Notes: generated from the letters alone by a model not told the origin. Shown: positions 14,575 through 26,390, numbered from the stretch's first letter. The stretch: 64,000 nt of DNA from Tubiluchus corallicola (GCA_030141605.1 JAQGDQ010000971.1:10412-74411); one strand, 5' to 3'. Numbers and translations are program-made.

Positions 14575-14746
14575 TCACCACCACCACCACTACACCACCA
14601 GCACCAGCACCACCACTACCACCACCACCACCATCAACAACAACAGCAGCATCAACACTACCACCAGCACCGGCACCACCACCACTACTACCACCACCAC
14701 CACCACCACCACCTAAACCACCACCACCACCACCACCACCACCACC
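14575..14746. repeat. (CCA)n microsatellite
   Basis: Direct reading. Confidence 0.9.
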
Positions 14747-15179
14747 TTCTTGTTCTATAAGTTCCTAATGTAATTATTACATGCTGTAAATTTTAGCTAA
14801 GGTGGACGGTGCTACCATTCATTCTAAGCTGACGTCTAATTCTTTTCAGCAATACGTACCTTACTTTTGGATATGCACGAGATACTAATTAGAAAAAATG
14901 AGAGCTCCGCATGTGTTGGTTTACTTCAAACATTAACCCTCCTCAAGGAAGACCATGTAGCCTATATTGAATGTCTCCACATTCGTGTCATAGTTGTAAC
15001 CCTGTGCCTTCGAAATCTGTCTTGTAACAACCCATATTTATGTATGTATGTAGTTTATTGACTAAAACAAGTTGCATGTATACACGAGGAACGAGGTAAA
15101 TGCCACAATCGATACATTAGTGATTTTAGTCCAAATGTCACTTTACGTACATTTCCTACTCAAGGTTATAGCATTAAAA

Positions 15180-15495
15180 ACAGTGTTTTGCATACAAGGT
15201 ACATTAGCATAAAAGTTGCATAACAGTTTCATAAGACACTATATAACAATTAGGGTGCTCAAAGAAGTGAGTTAAATCAGCAAAGTTTACATTGTCGTAG
15301 CGGTTTATAATATTAGATGTTAGGGGGCATGTCTGTATAACGTGTTTCTCAGTTTGAATGTCCCCACAAGGACATTGCCTATTTTCCCTTGGCTGTCTCG
15401 CCCATCTACCCGTTTCTATCACCAGCCTATGTGACTGAAGACGCATTCTTGTGAAGCTTATCCGATGATGCTCCTTAACATCCGTAGCCATTTAC
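15180..15495 (-). mobile_element. LINE 3' end fragment (same C-terminal CCHC type)
   Basis: RISFTRMRLQSHRLVIETGRWARQPRENRQCPCGDIQTEKHVIQTCP. Confidence 0.8.
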
Positions 15496-15938
15496 AACTG
15501 CACAAAATTCTAGCAGGCGATTAAACAAATTTAAAATATCTATATTCTGGTATGAAAGGGTTAATAATAATGCTTTGGTCCCGCGATACTAGGCGATTGG
15601 CTACGCAATAGCTAGCTTATTAACTTGAATGCGACGCCTGGAGGCTGAGCATCCATTTAATCACAAGGATTTGTCTTCATCCTGTATCCTAGCACTGTCT
15701 GATTAGCTCGCCTTAATTGAGGGATATGCTAGCGAATTTAATTAAATCAACAGACGCGTTGAGCTACACGAGTTATACATGCATCTGACATGAATATATA
15801 GTTGAAGACACATAGTACCAAACGTTAGTTACATTTTTGTCTTTAGTTAATTACTAACATTACGTAGCATTATGTTTTTTTGCAAAAAAAACAACCAATA
15901 AGGAAAAAATCTAATTTTAAATTTGTATTTTTACTTAA

Positions 15939-16541
15939 AGGAAAACCGGACCCAATCTTAAACTGCAGGTCTAAACAATCTACTCTTTAAAATATTGAAA
16001 GGAAACATACTATTTAAAAAAATGACTTACGTGAAATAATTATTACCAGACAAACACAATTTCACGTTCGCGCCACTAGTTCTTGGTTGTTACACGCATT
16101 TCGTCATTCGCTAGTTTGACGAGCACTAGCACCTGCATTTCGAAAACACTGTGCACAAAAACAGGTGCTGTACCTCTCAGTTCAGATGTGTTAATTTGTG
16201 ACGAACTACATACGTTCGACAGCTCATGCGTGAGTACAGTGCTGAATTTGAAATTTGAATTTCTATCTTAAAACGTGCCTAGTTCTAGTACAACACATTG
16301 AATATCTTACAGTAGCGCTGTACTTCAATTTTTGCTTTCGCAAACTCGTACAACACGCTCCTGGAATGTTTTTGATGTTGAAAATTATGTTAGTTTGTGA
16401 CGTTATCAATAGTTGGGTATTAAGTTTTTTAATCTGTTATTTAATTATCAGAAACGCTTTTGCAGTATTAATTGTGTTAAAATGCATACTTTTATCGGAC
16501 TTGAAAATAGGGTAGCATATGAAAAATCATCCTGTCTTCCT
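15939..16541 (+). mobile_element. Family A non-autonomous DNA element (Kolobok-like)
   Basis: TTAA|AGGAAAACCGG...CCTGTCTTCCT|TTGA. Confidence 0.85.
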
Positions 16542-17044
16542 TTGAGTTACAAGCGAGGTGTAACATCAAACAAAAAGCGGATTTCGATAGAATTTCGTCA
16601 CTAGATGTATAGTAACAGTATGCGAGGCAGTTTACTGTACAATTCTACCTACAAGACAATGTTATACGAACTTTCGAAAAAGAATATTAGCTTAGTTCTC
16701 AGCTGCAATGAAATGTAAAAATAATTATGAGGAATTTTAACTGCTCGATTGAGAAAATAAAATCGAATTGAATTGAATTGAATATCCCGAAATTAATTTT
16801 GCGTTCACCTAATTCAGTCTTTTCTAATAAAGTCTGGCACATCACACGCCATCTTTTGTGCTTTAAAATATCTTTCGCTATTTCATCAGGTTTATTTAAT
16901 GGTTTTCACATCAACGCTTGTTCGGCGAAAAATTTAATTTAAATTTTCAAATATAGATTGCGCCAGAGTAAAATTTAACTTTTAAGTTTAGTTTAGTTTC
17001 GTTTCATTCAGCTTACCTTAGGTTAATTTAATTTTTTAATTAAT

Positions 17045-17675
17045 TTAGTTTAGCTTAGCTTAGCCTAGTTTAGCCTAGCCTAGCCTTGTACAGCTTAGCC
17101 TAGCCTAGCCTAGCTTAGCTTAGCTTAGCCTAGCCTAGCCTAGCCTAGCCTAGCCTAGCCTAGCCTAGCCTAGCTTAGCTTAGCTTAGTTTAGTTTAGTT
17201 TAGTTTAGTTTAGTTTAGTTTAGTTTAGTTTAGCTTAGCTTAGCTTAGCTTAGCTTAGCTTAGTTTAGTTTAGTTTAGTTTAGTTTAGTTTAGTTTAGTT
17301 TAGTTTAGTTTAGTTTAGTTTAGTTTAGTTTAGTTTAGTTTAGTTTAGTTTAGTTTAGTTTAGTTTAGTTTAGTTTAGTTTAGTTTAGTTTAGTTTAGTT
17401 TAGTTTAGTTTAGTTTAGTTTAGTTTAGTTTAGTTTAGTTTAGTTTAGTTTAGTTTAGTTTAGTTTAGTTTAGTTTAGTTTAGTTTAGTTTAGTTTAGTT
17501 TAGTTTAGTTTAGTTTAGTTTAGTTTAGTTTAGTTTAGTTTAGCTTAGCTTAGCTTAGCTTAGCTTAGCTTAGGCTAGCTTAGCTTAGTTTAGTTTAGTT
17601 TAGTTTAGTTTAGCTTAGCTTAGCTTAGCTTAGCTTAGCTTAGTTTAGTTTAGTTTAGTTTAGTTTAGTTTAGTT
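17045..17675. repeat. Compound pentamer satellite (TTAGT/TTAGC/CTAGC)n
   Basis: Direct reading. Confidence 0.95.
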
Positions 17676-18386
17676 TTAATTAATTTTATTGGTTTAGTTT
17701 AGCTTAGTGAATCAAACACTGAGTATAACGCCTTAGCTATATAATCTAAATAGTAATCTTAAATTTAAAATTAATTAATGTATTTATCACTAATTAATTA
17801 ACAATAATAATAATAATCTTAAAATTAAAACTTGATCCTCGCACATTTATAATTGCTTAGTTACTCCGCTGTGAAAGCAGCACTTTTGAAACTCAGGAAA
17901 CCATTGAACAAGCCAATTAGCTAATATTACAGCGGGCAGTAAATTACCCAACTTTGGCTTTGACATTACGAAATCGATACGGGCTTTTCTATGGTATTGG
18001 ATACACGGCACACACATGCAAATTGCTTGGAAATGTACTACTGAATTTCATTTGACAATCTTTTTGTAAGCGAACGTTTTGCGCTTGTGTTTAATTCTCA
18101 TCCATCATGGAATATTTATTAGATACGTTGTAATGATGAGTTCATGGCGTGCCCCGGGGAATGCTGGGATATGACAGATAGTGGGAGAGGCTTTTCTTCT
18201 GAAATGACTGGATAAAGGTGTAGAGGGCGGATCTACGCTTGACAGATAAGCAATCTCGAGGTTTCAGAGTTGGGTACAAAGTTGGGTTAATTTGTTTAAA
18301 TTTTGAATATTGTGAAATTAATATCGTATTCTAATATATCTAACTTTTGTGAAAAAAACCAAAAAGCTATATTTCTATTTTTATTA

Positions 18387-19603
18387 CAGGCACTTAAAAA
18401 TATTTATAGTTAAGACACCACAACTTTACTAAAACTTTTAATTTACATAGTTAAAAGATCATGTTTCGACCGAGCTACTGTTGTCATCATCAGTGGTAAT
18501 TTTTTACAAACATACAACCAGTTTATATAGGAAGAACCTACAGTATAGAACATAGTACTCGCATGTACTAATTACGTATTTAACAGAAACCAAATAGGCA
18601 ATGATTAAGCAGACCAGAAGAAAAGAAATTGATACAGAGAATTATGTCCTAATTTCATCCATTTTTAAAACGTGGTAGAGTTAACTTTATGAACTATGAA
18701 TTTTATTTCACACATCAAAAAATACAATATCAAACAAATTAATAAACTTTAAATAAAGTAATTTGAGTAGTGCGAGGTGAGTGTGCGACCATACGGTCAT
18801 TAACACACCCCCCTTACTTAAATGAAAAAATGATTATAGTTATGCATGCTTCTGTAGATAACTTAATGTAAATAAGGATGAAGTAAATGATGTAATAATA
18901 ACGATGGTATAAGAACAAACTCTTAATAACTCGTATAACTCGTTTTTTATTGTTATTTTTGTAATTATTTGTGATACCAGTTCAATTATTGCACGTTTTC
19001 CACAGTAACACTTAGTTCACATGGAGTTCCAACAGCAATAATTTAATTGTACCTTCAACTAATGATTATAATTAATAATATGTGGCTTATAGGAGTTATT
19101 AAATCTTAACTATCAATGCTAGAGTCCTCTTGAAAAAGAAATAAAGCTTTTTAATTAAAACACCACAACTTTATAAATCTTTCAAATTATATTCTTAAAA
19201 AATCAATTTCCTTAATGTATTCTTAATGTACAAAGCAGTTCGATTTCTTTTATTTTATTCTCAAACACTTAGCTATTTGTTACTACATCAATTTCTTTTC
19301 TACGGGTCTGTTTATTCATTACTTATTTGGCTTTTTGTAAATACATAATTAGTACATAATTTACTGTATCAATTTTTTTTCAGGTCTGCCTATTCATAAC
19401 CTATTTAGCTTCCGTTAAATATACAATTAGTGCATAATGTTCTATACTGTAGGCTCTGCCTATATAAGCTGGTTGTGCGTTTGTGAAAATATACCACTGA
19501 TGATGACAACAGTAGCTCTGTCGAAATATGATTTTTTAACTATGTAAATTAAATTTTTTAATAAAATTGTGATGTCTTAACTATGAATCTTTTTACGTGC
19601 CTG
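18387..19603. mobile_element. Family C long-inverted-repeat element with hammerhead-like cores (possibly Penelope-derived)
   Basis: TA|CAGGCAC...GTGCCTG|TA; ~250-bp imperfect inverted arms, each carrying CTGATGA-T-GAC..GTC-GAAA. Confidence 0.75.
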
Positions 19604-19753
19604 TAATAAAAATAGAAATATAGCTTTTTCGTTTTTTTTCACAAAAGTTTTCGCTTTTCTGTGTGCAGTGAAAAAACTTCGCGCCTTTGTCTTCCGCTGT
19701 TGGGGATTCATTTCACAATGGTTACTCGAAAAGCAGCAATTCATTTTGTGGTA

Positions 19754-19785
<32 letters not shown>

Positions 19786-20117
19786 GCGTGTGCGTGTGCG
19801 TGTGCGTGTGCGTGTGTACGTGTGTTTGTCTGTGCGTGTGTATGTGTGTTTGTTTGTCACTGTTATACGTCTTCTTAATACGTGAAAATTTAAGGTGCAG
19901 AAAAACCAAAAGAAAAACCAAACTTTTTCTGATATTGGATCTTTGTATTAGTTTATACATTATTAAGATATTGAATACACGCAAAATGACCACCCGACGA
20001 AGCTTAGTAATAGGTCTTTGAGCGGTTTATTTCTTCTAAAATGTCTTAATTTCGCTTTCAACATCATGTTTCCGGCAAATCGTAAATCATTGAATCAATT
20101 GTAGTTAATGACTGTAG

Positions 20118-20201
<84 letters not shown>

Positions 20202-21099
20202 TATATATATATAAATTGTACAATGTACATACATGTAATGTATATTGTACATGTACTAGTAATACGATATACATATATACTGGTAATACTTGTAATATGT
20301 ATTATACATACATTGCCAGAGCGGGTCTATATATACACCGGCTTTATCGGCACAAACGTATGGCGGAGATATACTCTTTGTAAAAAAAATTTTTGCATTA
20401 ATAAATTAAATTTTATAGCACAACCTCACGTTCAAATACGTTGGATTTTCATATTTTAAGTTCACTGCAACTTAGAAAATAATTGCTCTAATATATTAAA
20501 TGTTAAATGCAACACTGTATAAAATTAGTGCAAAACGTTTTAAATGAATCAAAATTTCTATATATAGATGTTCGATGGACTAGTTTTAAATGAAACGCAC
20601 GCATGCGCATTGAAAGCAGAATGTAAATTTATGCTCAACATAAAAGTTAAAGTTAAAACTGCTACTTTACGCAGAAAGAGTACAAATTGACGATTTTAGT
20701 ACTAATTTCACATTACCTAACAAAACGCAGCATATTATGTGTTCTAAATATACGTTCGAAATTAGAAGATTTTTAAACTTTAAGTATAATAATAATATTT
20801 TACATATAAAACGTTTATTAATTTTTTTTATATACGAGGTCTCATATAAATACTTGAAAAATTATAAAACAAGCAATAATAATAATTTTGCGAGTTACAT
20901 GCCAAGCGCACAAAACTTTTTTAAAAGCATAGAAGAAACTATTTTTATAGATATAATTCCTAAGTTTTGTCCGTTGGTAAGTTAATATGTAACGTTTGGA
21001 CAATGGCCATTTATGTGTAAAAATAGTTCCAGTATAGTGTAAGATGTAAAATTATGTATCAAAATTTTACACAAATAAAAAGTTTATTGATACTAACCT

Positions 21100-21681
21100 G
21101 AGAAAAACTTTAAAATTCCCAATCATTGAAGCACACAAAGAATATTTTACTCTGCTTTTTATATTTATATACATTAACAACATCAGCAAACCATTCTAGA
21201 ATAACAGATTTACCTTTTTTCTAAATCTTAACGTCAATTCCAGAACAAGTAATCTAAAACAAATTAGGACAAATGCCCACTATGGAACGAACTCTGTAAT
21301 CAAGCAAGCAATTCTACTATGGAATTGTCTACCATTACAGGTTAAACAAATCAAGTCCCTATCAGCATTTAAAACAAAATTAAAATCACTAATATTAACC
21401 AGATATGAAATACCATCACACCAGCACGACAACATACACACTAATTCAGAATTTGTATATCCACCGCCATATTAATTAAATCATAATTTTTCATTTTTTT
21501 GTGAACAGTTGTAAATACGTTTGATTTTATTCGTCATTGCTTTTCGTTACTGCACAGTAGTTTATATTGCACGGACACATTTGCCTTTAGCAGTGTAAGT
21601 TTTTATTAACTAACACTGATTGTTCATCTCTGTAAAGTTTTTATCAGTGATTGTCAATGTATTTTAATGGCAAATAAAAAT

Positions 21682-21690
<9 letters not shown>
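21100..21690 (+). mobile_element. CR1/L2-group LINE 3' end
   Basis: RTNAHYGTNSVIKQAILLWNCLPLQVKQIKSLSAFKTKLK...*, then 3' UTR, AATAAA and (TA)n; second copy at 42912-43390. Confidence 0.8.
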
Positions 21691-21713
<23 letters not shown>

Positions 21714-22088
21714 AATACGTTGAAGCAGCGATGATAAGTGATTTTTTCATATTCGTACAACCATTTGAATTCTGCTGCCGGAGCGTAAGAGTTATAAAAC
21801 AGTCTTCAGGTAGAAATAAGAGTTCACCGACCACGCCCCGCGAAGAGTTAAACCCATTAAGCGTTTAATAATGACCCATAAATCTTACCCCATACCCACA
21901 AGCCAACAAGTTACGTTCAGGGGGTTGGAGAAGTTACGTTTCGGGGAAAGAAGGGTGGGTCAGGGGGTACCTATACAGACGTGTGCCTGTCCACAACAAG
22001 CGTTACAGTTATGAATTAGTAATAGATAATTCACGATGCATTGATTTGCTAGAGTAATAAATGTGAAATTAAGTCACGACACGCTTAC

Positions 22089-22171
22089 CTTGTTGAATAT
22101 GTTTCCTTGGAGATTTTTTCTCTCGCATCCACGGATACTCTGGAAGTTTGGGATTAAACTGTTGTTCCGGA

Positions 22172-22202
<31 letters not shown>

Positions 22203-22413
22203 TTCTCGGCGGCAGAGATTGGCCATGGTAGTAAGGAGTGCAGTCTGGCACAGTGTCCGGGTAGCAGTAACCCGCTTCTGCAGCTGTTTCCGCCGTGATT
22301 GATGGATTGCAACCCGCCTGAAACGATTCATTCATATTCGGAATGGCCGCCATGAATTCTTCCAAAGACGGCTGGCTATTAATGAAGCCGGATTCTCGGA
22401 TTTGGTCGGACAT
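22089..22413 (-). CDS. Hox2: Hox2/proboscipedia exon 1
   Basis: MSDQIRESGFINSQPSLEEFM (PG2 N-terminal motif), Q9 tract, PEYPWMREKK hexapeptide. Donor CAAG|GTAAGC at 22089/22088 leaves phase 1 (G), which joins the TT at 314-313 to make GTT and keeps the homeobox in frame. Confidence 0.95.
22296..22309 (+). promoter_or_regulatory. Overlapping Pbx-Hox sites TGATTGATGG / TGATGGATTG within Hox2 exon 1
   Basis: Sequence TGATTGATGGATTG: two overlapping TGATNNAT consensus matches, antisense to codons N-P-S-I-T. Confidence 0.55.
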
Positions 22414-22534
22414 CGCGTCCGTTGGCTGGTGGTGTTTTCAGCGCTACGCACAGGTCCACACAAATCTCATTCATTTACACATCTCCATGTCAAGCTTTGC
22501 TTATTTACGACTTTCCCATAACGTCTCAGCCGGG

Positions 22535-22544
22535 GTCACGTGAC
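22535..22544. promoter_or_regulatory. Palindromic E-box GTCACGTGAC in putative Hox2 proximal promoter
   Basis: Perfect 10-bp USF/bHLH-ZIP-type palindrome about 120 bp upstream of the ATG in a locally GC-richer stretch. Confidence 0.55.
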
Positions 22545-22700
22545 GCGTCTTGTCGAATCGCCGCGAAGAGTTTGTGTCGTCCCAAGTCGACGAAAAGGAA
22601 ATGTTGTCCAAACGTCAGTCTTTACACGCTGATTTGATCTAGTGAAATCTAAATAGAAAAAAACCGAGGAAGAATGAAATCGAAGTAGCGCAAGAGCTAC

Positions 22701-22884
22701 TTTCCAGACATAGCAAACCGATAAAACCACTGCCTATGCGTCTTATAAATCCAATATGATACACCTTTCAGTACACCTGGTTTAAAAGCTAATTTCCAGA
22801 CATAGCAAAACGATAAAAAGCACTACCTATTCGTCTTATAAGTCCAATATGATACACCTTTCAGTACACCTGGTTTAAAGGCTA
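22701..22884. repeat. ~92-bp tandem duplication upstream of Hox2
   Basis: TTTCCAGACATAGCAAA at 22701 and 22793. Confidence 0.9.
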
Positions 22885-23961
22885 ACAAGCAAGAAATAGC
22901 ATTGAAACATGCACATAGGACTTCATATTACGGTTCATAATTAAGTTAACATAGTTAACGCAGAGTTTCATAATTAAGGTTAATACCATTATGAATTGTT
23001 GTAAAAATTGTAAAAATTATTAAAAAAAGCTTTTTCAAATAATTTATTAAGTCTTTAAAATTTATTTTGGAAAAACCAGTTTAAGTGTTAGAGGTTTCTG
23101 CTGAGTAACTTTGATGCTCACTATTTTTTTAAAGAATAGTAAAAATTAAAAGTAATTATAATGATAATTTAACGTGAATCTCAGTGTCAATTTGGTGGCT
23201 GAGTTTACAACTCATAACCTTAATTATGAAACTCTATTGCAGCCATGTTAAAGTCAAACTAAACTCTTAGTATAATCTAAGTTTTTACAACTTAAAATCC
23301 TACTCCCGTCATAAATATTAAATTTACCTTTTTACAAAGTTACTGCAAGACTTAAAACTTGTTTCTCTTGTTTTTTTATCACTTCGTTGTTAGCGGTACT
23401 GAATTTGAAGAATCGCTATTTTACGTTGTGCGAGACTAATGACGTTATGAGTGCAGTCACGAGGTCACCAAAGATCGGTAACCAAAGACGCTTTCTGTAT
23501 CTCGTACGTCATTCGTGGTCACTTGCGCCAAATCACGCGTTCGAAATTCGCCAGACAAAAGTAAGTTATTTAATTTAAGTCTTTTTTGTTTAATAATAAC
23601 AATGAATTCTTTGCGTAATCATAACAATGCGTTGAAATGCTTCAATGTCTGTTTAGGTTATATAGACCTTTAATTTACATACACCTGTATACCGCGTTCT
23701 GTTCTATATATAGCAATGCATCGAGTTTACATCTGCGTTCTAAAATGAGCAAGACAGCGGAAGAAAATGGCGCAAAACTTCAAGTTTAGACACTAAAACG
23801 TCTCAATTACTGAGTAAGAGTTCACAAAAATAAGAACGCTGATCGATTAGCTTGATAGCAAATTAAACATCAAATTATTGATTGATTTCTGAAATAATCC
23901 TCATTATCGTTATTGTAAAATGGGGTTCCTTGAGACAACAGGAGTGACTATAGGTAGTGTA

Positions 23962-23975
23962 GCGCCCTCTAGGTG
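23962..23975 (-). promoter_or_regulatory. CTCF-like motif (CACCTAGAGGGCGC)
   Basis: About 1.55 kb upstream of the Hox2 ATG. Confidence 0.5.
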
Positions 23976-24487
23976 AAATTATTTTTAGCTCACTCTCCCC
24001 TTAAATGATCACCTTCTTACCCCCACGGTCCCCACCTACCCCAATATTTAATTTTTGTTGTATATAATAAAGTGTAATGCCACCTGCGTGTCAGTTACCG
24101 ATACTGCCTATTCTGCTCCCCAATGCTTTGATTCTTATAGGTTTTTTCAGATAGGTTTTTAGGTATAATTAGATAAAGAGTAAACTAGAAAGTGTTTACC
24201 TCAAACTTAGCGTCGATGAACCAAACATTTTGATAGAAAATTAACATGTAGTAGTAGTAGTTCGTTTCATTTAATTAAAGTGTCACACATTTACGAATTA
24301 CACATACAATATGTTATTACTTATGCTAAATTTAAAAATGAAAATAAATATTTCAGAATTTGACGCCTTATGCAACTGCCTAGTTTGCCTCGTGGGAGAA
24401 CCGACCCTGCTCGTTTTGAAAATGGGGCAAAAGTTTACCCTCAGTGGTGTCTCAAGTAATCCAGCTAGCCTTTGTAGCGTCATCTTG

Positions 24488-24528
<41 letters not shown>

Positions 24529-24530
<2 letters not shown>

Positions 24531-24983
24531 GTATTTTCCCGTGTATAAGAGACCCTTTTTTGCTCAGAATTTTCACTTTAAAAATAGGGGGTCTCTTATA
24601 CATGGGAGTAAGTCTTTTCAATAAGATGCATAAATTGTGACACTAATGATTTTAAAGAAATAAGTGCTCTACAACTGTTTTGCGTGTCGCGTTCGACTAT
24701 GAAGCGGTTGTAAGCAATACAAGCATCGTGACACAGGCATTATCTCCTCGTTTTCTCTTTTCCTGTTACAGGTTTGCAGGTACGCACTTTAATATATACC
24801 AGTACTCTTTTTCTACAACACATTAACTGGTTTTATTTTGTTTTCAGTACCGCACTGAGTTGAAAAAAGTTGTACTTTACCCTCTAAAAATGTCCGTCTG
24901 AAAAAACTTTTTTCCAGAATTTTTGCCTAAAAATTGAAGGGGTCTCTTATACACAAGGGTCTCTTATACACGGGAAAATACGG
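24529..24983. mobile_element. Tc1/mariner (pogo/Tigger-like) MITE inserted in (TA)n
   Basis: Perfect TIR CCGTATTTTCCCGTGTATAAGAGACC, TA flanks, subterminal GGTCTCTTATAC repeats. Confidence 0.85.
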
Positions 24984-24989
24984 TATATA

Positions 24990-25255
24990 TGTAAATATTT
25001 ATTGCAAAAATTATACACTAGTACAGAGTAAAATAAATTACGTCATACATAAAATCAGTGGATAATCAGTCAGTGACAGACTGATGTGAGCAATTGTGCC
25101 AGTTAGTGGAAGTTAAAAATCATAAGAATAAAAACATTAAAATACTAGATTACATATCTACAAATTTGTCTACATGATGACGTGATTGTGACTTATGAAA
25201 TATGGTGGAGTTTAATACTTTTTGATAGTTTTTGCTACTTTTTTGCCAGGTAAGT
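24990..25255 (+). repeat. Dispersed repeat E (copies at 40665-40930 minus and 41010-41084 plus)
   Basis: Shared GCAAAAATTATACACTAGTACAGAGTAAAATAAATTAC...; associated with (TA)n. Confidence 0.75.
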
Positions 25256-26019
25256 TTCCGTACGAGTCGTATATTTTTTGTAGTATAGACACTAATATTA
25301 CGATGAATTTATGAGTCTAGTATGTGTTTAATTTCCATTGACTGTAATAATTAGTCTAATTACTGCTATGCGTGAGTGAGAACATAATCTATATGTGCTC
25401 AATCATTGACAAATCACAATCAGCCTCATGTTGTATGTCGTGCAAAAAAAACGCGAACATGAAAACTGTCAGAAGAAATGAAAGACAGGTTTTCTGGTGA
25501 AACTGGAGTTCAGTAATTTTTAGCAGTGCGTCAATATATATATATTTAGGCTATAAAGACAGTACAGACTAGACGTGCGTTTGAGGTTTTATGTATCAGC
25601 AAGTGATTAATGTATATACATGTATGTATATGTATATATAATATATATATACACACGTGAAACGTGCATTATCATTTATGTATTACTGAAAAATAATGGT
25701 AATTTTTTGTTTTCGGTTTTTTGAGATGTTCATCTCTGTTCCATGTTTTCATTTTCTCTCAACAGACTCGCGTTGTTCAAAGTGACGTATTATCCTTTAC
25801 GCGTAAGTACAGTTACTGAAATATTCAAGACCAAGGACGTCAATGTGGCAGGCGTGTAGACTTTTCGCGCCTTGTAAGTACTTGTGGGACAGACTGTGTT
25901 ACGAAGTTAACCAGTAATGAAACTGTGACACTCAGAATGTATAGAAACGCTGTCCTAGTGTCAAAATATGTAATGTCACGTTATAGCTTCTCCAGAGTAT
26001 TATACAAGAACGCTGCTGT

Positions 26020-26390
26020 TGTTATTGTTATTGCCGTTGATGGTGATGATGATGTTGATGATGGAGATGATGATGATGACGACGACAGTAATGCTGCTGC
26101 AGCTGCGGACGATGAGATGATGACGATGATGGCGATGATAACGACGAGGACGGCGATGACGACGACGATGATGGTAATGGTGATGATGACAATGATAATC
26201 GTGACGATGGTGATGTTGATGATGAAGATGATGATGATAATGAAATGATGATGATGATGATGATGAAGACAATAATGCTGCTGCAGCTGCGCACGATGAG
26301 ATGATGATGACGATGAAGGTGACGACGATGACGACGATGATGATGGTGATGATGACAATGATGATCGTGATGATGATGATAATAATGATA
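26020..26390. repeat. Degenerate (GAT/GAC)n with internal duplication
   Basis: TAATGCTGCTGCAGCTGCG occurs twice (~26089 and ~26273). Confidence 0.9.

Larger units (their letters stand above)
315..22088 (-). other. Hox2 intron (21,774 bp, GT-AG, phase 1)
   Basis: Bounded by GTAAGC donor and pyrimidine-tract/TAG acceptor with compatible phases; internal micro-exons cannot be excluded. Confidence 0.85.

Noticed and set aside
17045-17675. Interstitial telomeric repeat
   Set aside because: Units are TTAGT/TTAGC/CTAGC, not TTAGG or TTAGGG.
22069-22088. ORF-track C-terminus GKRVVT* of the 114-aa ORF
   Set aside because: Read-through into the intron past the GTAAGC donor; the spliced product continues into the homeobox.
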